This document shows, piece by piece, positions 9,065 through 16,085 of a DNA stretch of 16,419 nucleotides. Numbering within the stretch: position 1 is the stretch's first letter; every line of letters starts with the position of its first letter. The position numbers were made by a program, and so were the translations under genes. Under the pieces are notes generated by a model. That model saw nothing but the letters and a program-made list of their open reading frames with translations. It made no database searches and had not been told where the DNA came from. Source of the stretch: an uncultured Deinococcales bacterium. Its GTDB lineage: Bacteria; Deinococcota; Deinococci; Deinococcales; JAAFIG01. The stretch covers positions 5,220 to 21,638 of the forward strand of contig CAXTTL010000060.1 of the NCBI GenBank assembly GCA_964247135.1, written 5' to 3'.

Positions 9065-9206
9065 GCACGAGATCAATCATTGGCTCGAGTTTACTGAATT
9101 CAATTTGGAATCTTGATTCTCGAGATGAACCAATCTAGAACGTTCCGTGATGAGGTCAAGCGCTCAGCAGCCTAGACCTGCCTAAACTCGAGCCGCAAAA
9201 AAATGA

Positions 9207-9572
9207 TTACTTTTTAAGCTGATTGAACTGCGCGATGAAACCTGCTGGATGACGCAAGAACGCCATGTGCGTTTGGTTGCGTTCGTTGAAAAACGGTGCA
9301 GCCTCGTACTCGTAACCAGCCTCGAGTAATTCGGCACATTTGGCTTGCAGGTCATCGACTTCAAATGCCAAATGCAAAAATCCTGGTGCGGGTTGACCTG
9401 AGACTTGCACCAACTCGAGGTCCATGTTCGTTCCTGGGTGGTTGAGAAACGCGGTTGGGACTCCATTTGAGTAATGTTTGCCGCGACCCTCGACCAGAAA
9501 TCCAAGCGTGGCGAAATGGGTGATGGCGGCTTCAACATCGTGAACGCTCAATGCGAAATGATTCAGTTTCAT
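9207..9572 (-). CDS. VOC (glyoxalase/bleomycin resistance) family protein
   Basis: 121 aa. KLNHFALSVHDVEAAITHF, LELVQ, HLAFEVDDL and AFLRHPAG. Leaderless TAAACT cgagcc ATG. Confidence 0.9.
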   Translation of the reverse strand: MKLNHFALSVHDVEAAITHFATLGFLVEGRGKHYSNGVPTAFLNHPGTNMDLELVQVSGQPAPGFLHLAFEVDDLQAKCAELLEAGYEYEAAPFFNERNQTHMAFLRHPAGFIAQFNQLKK

Positions 9573-9666
9573 GGCTCGAGTTTAGCGCATACCTTGCGAA
9601 TACTCGTCCAATGGCATCCGATTCGCTGACTTGGCACGCTCGAGGGCTTCAACCAAAACGTTTTAC

Positions 9667-9696
9667 TTGACTTCATAATAAATAGTATTCTAGAAT
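9667..9696 (+). promoter_or_regulatory. Sigma70 promoter of lrp-lysE: TTGACT-N18-TAGAAT-N6-ATG (leaderless)
   Basis: -35 at 9667-9672 and -10 at 9691-9696. A perfect palindrome ATTCTAGAAT (9687-9696) overlaps the -10. Confidence 0.7.
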
Positions 9697-9702
9697 TTTA
9701 CG

Positions 9703-10179
9703 ATGGAATCTAAATTTCAAGACCTAGATCACCTTGATTTCCAAATTCTCGAGCATCTGGGCAGCAACGCTCGAGTTACCTGGACAGAACTTTCCGCTCA
9801 ACTCGGTTTGTCCGCTCCCGCCATCACCGAACGGGTACGCAAGCTCGAGGAACGTGGTGTCATCAAGAGTTATACGGTCTTGCTCGAGCCTGAATTGTTG
9901 GGTTGCGAGTTGCTGGCATTTGTGGCGGTGCAAATACCAGATGCAAAATCACGCAAAACCTTTCTCGAACGTGTGAAGGACATGCCTGAGGTGCTCGAGT
10001 GTCATCACATGTCTGGCGATGACGATTACTGGCTCAAGGTGCGCTGCGCTGGAACGAAGGCGCTCGAGAAGATCATTTCTGAAGACTTCAAATCGATCTC
10101 GAGTGGCATCAAAACCCATACCAGCATTGCGCTTTCGAGTTTTAAGGATTCGCCAAGTTTGCCGATTCGGGGAGCGTGA
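9703..10179 (+). CDS. Lrp/AsnC family transcriptional regulator
   Basis: LDHLDFQILEHL..NAR..ELSAQLGLSAPAITERVRKLEERGVI helix-turn-helix, and EVLECHHMSGDDDYWLKV ligand-binding domain. Confidence 0.95.
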   Translation: MESKFQDLDHLDFQILEHLGSNARVTWTELSAQLGLSAPAITERVRKLEERGVIKSYTVLLEPELLGCELLAFVAVQIPDAKSRKTFLERVKDMPEVLECHHMSGDDDYWLKVRCAGTKALEKIISEDFKSISSGIKTHTSIALSSFKDSPSLPIRGA

Positions 10180-10793
10180 TGGATTTCGCGTTTTTCCTCA
10201 AAGGCTTTTTGATTGGCATTTCAATTGCCGCGCCCGTCGGTCCAATCGGCTTGCTGACCATCCGCCGCACCTTAGCGTTTGGGCGTATCGCGGGCTTCAT
10301 GTCTGGTTTGGGTGCGGCAACGGCGGACGCGGTGTTTGGCAGCATCGCGGCGTTTGGCATCACCGCCATCTCGAGCGTTCTGATTGGGGCGAAATTTTAT
10401 TTGGGGCTGGTTGGCGGTATTTTTCTGGTCTATTTGGGTTGGCAAACTTTCGTCTCCAAACCCGTCGAGCGAGCCGCCGAATCTCGAGCATCAAGTCTGG
10501 GTGTGATTTATGCTTCGACCTTTGCGCTTGTCCTGACCAACCCGATCAGCATTTTGTATTTCACGGCAATCATCTCGAGCGTCGGCGCGGCTGGAAATTT
10601 GCTCAGTGCGAGTTTTATGGTGTTTGGTGTGTTCCTGGGTTCGGTGTCGTGGTGGTTTTTCCTGAGTTTTATTGCCGGTTTGCTCAAATCTCGAATCAAT
10701 CCAACAAGTTTAAAACTCGTCAATCAAGTCTCAGGCTTTGTGATTGCCGCGTTTGGGCTTTGGGCTGTCGCCAGCGTGTTATTCAAAATCTAA
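10176..10793 (+). CDS. LysE/RhtB family amino-acid exporter
   Basis: GISIAAPVGPIG, GLGAATAD, FALVLTNP and GVFLGSVSWW. Start overlaps the Lrp stop (GTG 10176 or ATG 10179). Confidence 0.93.
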   Translation: MMDFAFFLKGFLIGISIAAPVGPIGLLTIRRTLAFGRIAGFMSGLGAATADAVFGSIAAFGITAISSVLIGAKFYLGLVGGIFLVYLGWQTFVSKPVERAAESRASSLGVIYASTFALVLTNPISILYFTAIISSVGAAGNLLSASFMVFGVFLGSVSWWFFLSFIAGLLKSRINPTSLKLVNQVSGFVIAAFGLWAVASVLFKI

Positions 10794-10826
10794 GCGCAAA
10801 ACAGATTCTCGAGATACACTACAGCC

Positions 10827-11909
10827 ATGCTGAATTACCTGCTCATTTTTGTCCCGATCACCGCCTTGCTCGAGTTTGTGATTCATCCTGGCGACGTCTG
10901 GATTTTTATTTCGGCGGCGCTCGCCATCGTGCCGCTGGCGGGTTTGATGGGACGCTCCACCGAGGAATTGGCGGCTCGGGCGGGCAGCGCGGTCGGTGGT
11001 TTGTTGAATGCCACCTTTGGCAATGCCACCGAGTTGATTATTGCGTTTTTTGCGCTTCAAGCCGGTAAAATCGATGTGGTCAAAGCCAGCATCACGGGTT
11101 CGATGATTGGCAATTTGCTGCTTGTTTTGGGCATGGCGGTGTTTTTGGGCGGTCTGAAATTTCCAGTCCAGCGTTTTAACCGTCAAGCCGCCAGTTCGCT
11201 GGCGAGCATGTTGGTGATTTGCATCATTGCTTTTTTGATTCCGGCGATGTTCGATTTTACCGAGCGCGTCAATGGCATTCCTGGAACGCAACAAATTCTT
11301 TCCGATGGGCAGCTTTCGCTGGCGGTCAGTTTTGTTTTGATTGCCCTGTATGTCTTAAACATGGTCTTTAGTTTGTTCACCCACAAAGACATGCTCTCGA
11401 GTGCCGATGACGACGCTGATACCCACAAAGCCGAATGGACTCCGGCTCGAGCCATCGGCACGTTGTTTGCTTGCACCATCGTGGTCGCTTGGCTCTCCGA
11501 GGTGCTGGTCGGGTCGCTCGAGGGGTTCACGGCGGCGCTGGGGTTCTCAGAATTTTTTGCCGGTTTAATCATCATTCCAATTATTGGCAACGCTGCCGAG
11601 CACGCGGCAAGCGTGTTTGCCCGAAAGAACAAAATGGATTTGACCATCACGATTGCGATTGGGGCAACCATTCAAATTGCGCTGCTGGTCGCGCCGCTGC
11701 TGGTGATTTTGTCGTTTGTCATTGGCAAACCAATGGATTTGGTGATTCACAGCCCGCTCGAGTTGATGGCGTTGGTCGGCGCGGTCGGTATCGTCGGCAG
11801 TGTCGCCAGGGACGGCGAAACCAACTGGCTCGAGGGTGCGATGCTGCTGGGCGTGTATTTGATTATGGCAATCGCGTTTTTCTTTTTGCCTGTTGCCTCT
11901 CACAGTTAA
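10827..11909 (+). CDS. cax: Calcium/proton exchanger (CAX, CaCA family)
   Basis: Alpha-repeats GLLNATFGNATE and IIGNAAEH, plus GSMIGNLLLVLG and DGETNWLEG. Leaderless TACACT acagcc ATG. Confidence 0.94.
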   Translation: MLNYLLIFVPITALLEFVIHPGDVWIFISAALAIVPLAGLMGRSTEELAARAGSAVGGLLNATFGNATELIIAFFALQAGKIDVVKASITGSMIGNLLLVLGMAVFLGGLKFPVQRFNRQAASSLASMLVICIIAFLIPAMFDFTERVNGIPGTQQILSDGQLSLAVSFVLIALYVLNMVFSLFTHKDMLSSADDDADTHKAEWTPARAIGTLFACTIVVAWLSEVLVGSLEGFTAALGFSEFFAGLIIIPIIGNAAEHAASVFARKNKMDLTITIAIGATIQIALLVAPLLVILSFVIGKPMDLVIHSPLELMALVGAVGIVGSVARDGETNWLEGAMLLGVYLIMAIAFFFLPVASHS

Positions 11910-11932
11910 CTTGCCTGTTGCCTCTCACAGTT
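11886..11932 (+). repeat. Perfect 22-bp tandem duplication (period 25) of the cax 3' end
   Basis: ttgcctgttgcctctcacagtt at 11886-11907 and 11911-11932, separated by aac. Confidence 0.95.
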
Positions 11933-12010
11933 CAGCGTCAAGCTTCAAAACCTGCCAAAGCTCAACATTTCATGAATCTCAATCGGGCGCTCCTCGGGTA
12001 GACTCGGGTC

Positions 12011-12637
12011 ATGCGCTTCAATTGGAGGCACATTTTGAGTTTATTTCTTCTAAGCTGCTCTGGATTGGCGGCTTTGGCTCAAGTGCTGGTGTTTGAAGAT
12101 TCGTTCGACCAGGAAGGTATTTGGGACTCGAGAAACCTGAATGTCGGGCATTTTGGTTACGAAAACGGTTGGTTTCAGATTTTCATTGACAAACCCGACA
12201 GTTTTATTTACGTGCCCGCGCCGGTGCTGCCCGCCAAAGATGTCAGGCTCGAGGTGGACATTTCCAAGCGTTCGGGCGCAGCCTCCGATGAGGCTGGGGT
12301 GTTTTGCCGCCTTCAACTCGAGGGTGGGCATTACGAGCTGATGTTTAGCAGCGAAGCCCGAACCAGCGCGATTTACCGCGTCAGTGGCGACGAGTATGTG
12401 GCAATTGGACGTGCGGTGCTGCCGCCCGAAATCAAACTCAATGCTGGGGAAAAACCAAACCATTTGCGTGCCGAATGCGTGGGTTCAAAGTTACGTTTGT
12501 TTGTCAACGATTGGTTGACGCTCGAGGCGCAAGACAGCAATTTCGAGGGTGGTTGGGTCGGGTTGGCGGCTGGGACTGGAACGAAGGTCACGCAATTGAC
12601 CGCCGATTTTGATAATTTCAAATTGTTTGTGCTTTAA
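12011..12637 (+). CDS. Exported beta-sandwich protein, DUF1080/LamG-like
   Basis: Signal peptide, then FEDSF..W, DVRLEVD, AGVFCR, NHLRAECVGSKLRLFVND, GWVGL and ADFDNFKL. Leaderless TAGACT cgggtc ATG. Confidence 0.72.
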   Translation: MRFNWRHILSLFLLSCSGLAALAQVLVFEDSFDQEGIWDSRNLNVGHFGYENGWFQIFIDKPDSFIYVPAPVLPAKDVRLEVDISKRSGAASDEAGVFCRLQLEGGHYELMFSSEARTSAIYRVSGDEYVAIGRAVLPPEIKLNAGEKPNHLRAECVGSKLRLFVNDWLTLEAQDSNFEGGWVGLAAGTGTKVTQLTADFDNFKLFVL

Positions 12638-12655
12638 ATCGGTTAAAATTTGCCA

Positions 12656-12694
12656 ATGCGCCCTCCGACCAAGCTCGAGTTTGACCCTTCATGA
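12656..12694 (+). CDS. Putative leaderless leader peptide [12 protein letters not shown], coupled to trmD
   Basis: TAAAAT (12644-12649)-N6-ATG. Its TGA overlaps the trmD ATG as ATGA. trmD itself shows neither a Shine-Dalgarno nor a -10 at N6. Confidence 0.45.
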   Translation: MRPPTKLEFDPS

Positions 12695-13476
12695 AAATCT
12701 CTTTGCTGACTTTGTTCCCGCAGCTTTTAACGCCCTGGCTGAATGAGGCTATTTTGGGGCGTGCGGTTAAAAACGGTTTACTCGAGTTTGATGTGCGTGA
12801 TATTCGCAATGCCGCCAGCGACAAGCACCGCATGGTCGATGACACGCCCTACGGCGGCGGCGCTGGCATGGTTTTAAAAGTCGATGTGCTTGAAAATGCC
12901 CTGAAGATGCTCGAGCCAAGCGACGAGATTGTCTTGTTGACGCCGGCAGGGGAGAAGTTTGCGCAAAAAATGGCAGAGGAATTCTCTAAAAAGCGGCATC
13001 TTGTGTTGTTGTGCGGGCGGTATGAGGGTTTTGATGCGCGGATTGAAACCCTGGTCACGCGCGAGGTCAGCCTTGGCGATTTTGTCATGATGGGTGGCGA
13101 GGCGGCGGCGTTGTGTGTGGTCGAGGCGGTCACGCGGCTTGTGCCCGGCGTTCTCGGCGATTCTGATTCCCATGAGCAGGATTCTTTCTCGAGCGGCATT
13201 CTGGATTACCCAGAGTTTACCCGTCCACCAGTTTGGAATGGTTTGGAAGCCCCCGAAATTTTGCGCGGCGGCAACCATGCCGCCATTGCCATTTGGCGAC
13301 GCCGTGAGGCGCTGCGGCGCACCTTGGAGCGCCGACCCGATTTGATCGAGCGGGCGGGTTTGACTGCTCAAGATTCGGCATTGCTGCTCGAGTTGGGCGT
13401 GACCTTGGAGCAGCTCATCGATTGGAACCTCGAGCTTCCACCGCCGCCAAAGGTCAAGCGCACAAGAATTCAGTAG
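12691..13476 (+). CDS. trmD: tRNA (guanine37-N1)-methyltransferase
   Basis: [60 protein letters not shown] and GNHAAI..WR. Confidence 0.98.
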   Translation: MKISLLTLFPQLLTPWLNEAILGRAVKNGLLEFDVRDIRNAASDKHRMVDDTPYGGGAGMVLKVDVLENALKMLEPSDEIVLLTPAGEKFAQKMAEEFSKKRHLVLLCGRYEGFDARIETLVTREVSLGDFVMMGGEAAALCVVEAVTRLVPGVLGDSDSHEQDSFSSGILDYPEFTRPPVWNGLEAPEILRGGNHAAIAIWRRREALRRTLERRPDLIERAGLTAQDSALLLELGVTLEQLIDWNLELPPPPKVKRTRIQ

Positions 13477-14264
13477 TCTTTTAAGAAATCCTTTGCCACC
13501 TTCAAAGCGCGAGGTTCGTCGGCTGCCAGTCGCCCTTCAATCGCGATCAGACCATCAAATTGTGCCAGCAGTTTCGGTACAAGTGTTGACAATTCCAAAT
13601 CACCCTCGCCCAAAAGCGCGTGGGTTTTCCCTGGGCTGGAATCGCTCAAATGCGAGTGAAGCATTTTTGGAGTCTGGTGAATGTACTCGAGCGGTTTGCC
13701 CAGGGTTCCAGCGTGGGCGATGTCCAAAGTGATGCCAACGTGCTCCAGCGGCTCGAGGATGCTGGCGAGTCGGGTCAGGCTTTCTAGATGGGTGACAAAT
13801 TGCAATTTCTTTTTTTCCATCCCCTCGACGCCAACCCGAACCCCGAACATTCCCGCCGCCGAGTCGAGATCGCCGACAAAATCGTGCAGGCGCTCCCAAT
13901 AGACTTGTTCATCGTCGGTGGTGCTCGACAAATGCCCAGGATGCACCACGACCATGCCAGCGCCCATTCTGGCGGCTGTCTCGAGCGAAGAAAGCACCTG
14001 ATGCCTCGAGATGGCACGTATTTCGGGGTTGCTCGAGAGTGGATTGAGGTCATAACTCGGGGCATGAAGAGAAAGTTGCAGACCAAGATTTTCGGCTTTG
14101 GCACGAACTTCCTCTGGGCTGGCGTTCGATTCCCAGAGGTGTTGCGCCCAAACCTCAGACGCGCCAAAGCCCGCATCTTTGATCAACTCGAGTGCACCGA
14201 GCACTCCAGAATGCCATAAAAGGCGGGTTGCGGGGGCGAAACGGGGGTTGATGCTCAAAGTCAC
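13470..14264 (-). CDS. Sugar phosphate isomerase/epimerase family (xylose-isomerase-like TIM barrel)
   Basis: LSLHAP..N, VVVHPG, VGVE, LDIAHA, HSHLSD, H..LGEG and IAIE metal-site pattern. Leaderless TAAAAT aaaagc GTG. 7-bp convergent overlap with trmD. Confidence 0.88.
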   Translation of the reverse strand: MTLSINPRFAPATRLLWHSGVLGALELIKDAGFGASEVWAQHLWESNASPEEVRAKAENLGLQLSLHAPSYDLNPLSSNPEIRAISRHQVLSSLETAARMGAGMVVVHPGHLSSTTDDEQVYWERLHDFVGDLDSAAGMFGVRVGVEGMEKKKLQFVTHLESLTRLASILEPLEHVGITLDIAHAGTLGKPLEYIHQTPKMLHSHLSDSSPGKTHALLGEGDLELSTLVPKLLAQFDGLIAIEGRLAADEPRALKVAKDFLKDY

Positions 14265-14305
14265 GCTTTTATTTTACGGTCTGGCTTGCGGTTCATTTGT
14301 CAGCT

Positions 14306-14413
14306 TGCTCGAGTTTGGGTATGCACTTAAGTTTGAGTTGGACTTGGTGTCACAAAAGTATTTCGTATTTGATGTCGTTTTACAGATTCACTGCTCGAGT
14401 CTAAGGATGCAGT
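14306..14413. repeat. Imperfect 22-bp direct repeat pair containing CTCGAG
   Basis: 14306-14327 tgctcgagtttgggtatgcact against 14392-14413 tgctcgagtctaaggatgcagt, 17/22 identical. Confidence 0.5.
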
Positions 14414-14601
14414 CTTTGTGATAGGGCATATTCATCGGCGAGATACGTTCCAGACTTTGATCACCAGAATTCATGTTTTGACTGGATAACAATTAAATAT
14501 GAGTATAATTGGTCAATACGTGTAGTTAAAAATACAATGGATAAGTGATTTGTGTAGCGAATGTGAGTTTTTTGTAAGATTTTTTACTTTACAATACTTG
14601 A

Positions 14602-15861
14602 GTGATAAATAGCGTTCGGTTTCTTAAAATTGGTTTTGTATTGACCACCATAGCGGCGCTTGTTCCCCTGGGACGGGGCGCAGCCTTCTGGTCAACTTCA
14701 GAATTGCAGACCATCGAATCGTTACGATTGGATTCAAAGGGCAGCGTTTCAGCCGACCCAACAAATACAGTTGCGAACAATGCACAAGCGGCAAACATCG
14801 GTTACAAGTTGTTTTACGACAAACGCCTCAGTTCGGAGGGCGATGTTGCCTGCGCCACCTGCCACAATCCAGAAAAAACCTTCACCGATGGCAAAATCCT
14901 TTCCGAAGGCGTTGGCAGAACCAATCGCAATGCCCCAACGATTGTTGGCGCTTCGCACAACACCTGGCAATTTTGGGATGGACGGGCAGATTCATTGTGG
15001 CAACAGGCGTTAGGACCACTGGAAAACGCCAACGAACACGGATTTTCGCGGGTCGCTGTCGCCAAACTTGTCGCCAAACAATACCGTAGCGAATTTGAAA
15101 CTGTTTTTGGACCCATGCCAGATTTTGAAGACGATTATCGCTTTCCAGAAAACGCCACGCCGTTAGGCGACAGCGATGCACTAAACGCTTGGAAACAAAT
15201 GAACGAATCTGATCGCGCCTATGTCAACACGGTCTTTGTTAATGTCGGTAAATCAATCGAGGCGTTTGAGCGCCAAATTCAACCAGGATTCTCGAGGTTC
15301 GATCAGTACGCGCAATCCCTGAGCAAAGGGACAAACTCCGATGATCTCAACGCCACTGAAATCTCGGGTTTGCGGCTTTTCATTGGCAAAGCAGGTTGTG
15401 CCACTTGTCACACTGGAAGCCAATTCAGCGACGGGAAATTTCACAACACTGGTGTGCCACGAAACCCGGATACACCACTCGATCAGGGTCGTCAAGAGGC
15501 GATGGGCAACCTTTTTAAAGGCGAATTTTCTTGCAAAAGTACCTTCAGTGATGCAATCGAGGCTTGCCCCAAAAATTTCCAAGCCTCCACCGATGCGCAG
15601 TTGATCCGTGCCTACAAGACGCCGTCGTTGCGGACAGCCGCCATGACCGCACCATACATGCACGCTGGACAATTTGCCACACTGACACAAGTCATTGCCC
15701 ACTACCGAGATGCCCCCAAAGCGCCACTTGGAACCAGCGAGATCAAACCATTGTCACTGACCAACCAAGAAATGCTCGAATTGGAACAGTTTATTAAAAG
15801 TTTAAACGCGCCGATTGATGCGCCAGTTAAATTTTTGCACCCACCGCTCGAGGGCAATTGA
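14602..15861 (+). CDS. Di-heme cytochrome c peroxidase/MauG superfamily protein
   Basis: Two CATCH heme motifs, LFYDKRLS, RNAPT, QFWDGRA, YKTPSLR and APYMHAG, with an N-terminal signal segment. Leaderless TACAAT acttga GTG. Confidence 0.92.
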   Translation: MINSVRFLKIGFVLTTIAALVPLGRGAAFWSTSELQTIESLRLDSKGSVSADPTNTVANNAQAANIGYKLFYDKRLSSEGDVACATCHNPEKTFTDGKILSEGVGRTNRNAPTIVGASHNTWQFWDGRADSLWQQALGPLENANEHGFSRVAVAKLVAKQYRSEFETVFGPMPDFEDDYRFPENATPLGDSDALNAWKQMNESDRAYVNTVFVNVGKSIEAFERQIQPGFSRFDQYAQSLSKGTNSDDLNATEISGLRLFIGKAGCATCHTGSQFSDGKFHNTGVPRNPDTPLDQGRQEAMGNLFKGEFSCKSTFSDAIEACPKNFQASTDAQLIRAYKTPSLRTAAMTAPYMHAGQFATLTQVIAHYRDAPKAPLGTSEIKPLSLTNQEMLELEQFIKSLNAPIDAPVKFLHPPLEGN

Positions 15862-16085
15862 TCCGTTAAGCTTATTTTTTCGCTTCCAATGCCGATTTTT
15901 GACTCGAGCTTTGAAAATTCTGTTGTAAATTCATTTGACCTGTTGGATATATGTTCAGGGTTGTTTGAACTGAAAATGTGTCGGTTTCTGGCATGTACAG
16001 TCAGAATGAACAAATCTAAAAGTATCTAAAAGATATTATGCACAATACAGCCAGATTAAATTTGTGGGTAAAAGAAAGGTTTTTT

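Noticed and set aside
9153-9179. AGGTC...GACCT hairpin after the VOC gene as a terminator or REP
   Set aside because: Only a 5-bp clean stem and no U-tract.
10019-11068. 349-aa Arg-rich ORF overlapping lrp, lysE and cax
   Set aside because: Alternate frame across three clear genes, with typical off-frame composition.
14380-14403. TAGACT-N6-GTG on the minus strand as a leaderless gene
   Set aside because: The frame closes after three codons (GTG AAT CTG TAA).
15702-16013. 103-aa minus-strand ORF
   Set aside because: Half overlaps the peroxidase gene in antisense; no motif or initiation signal.
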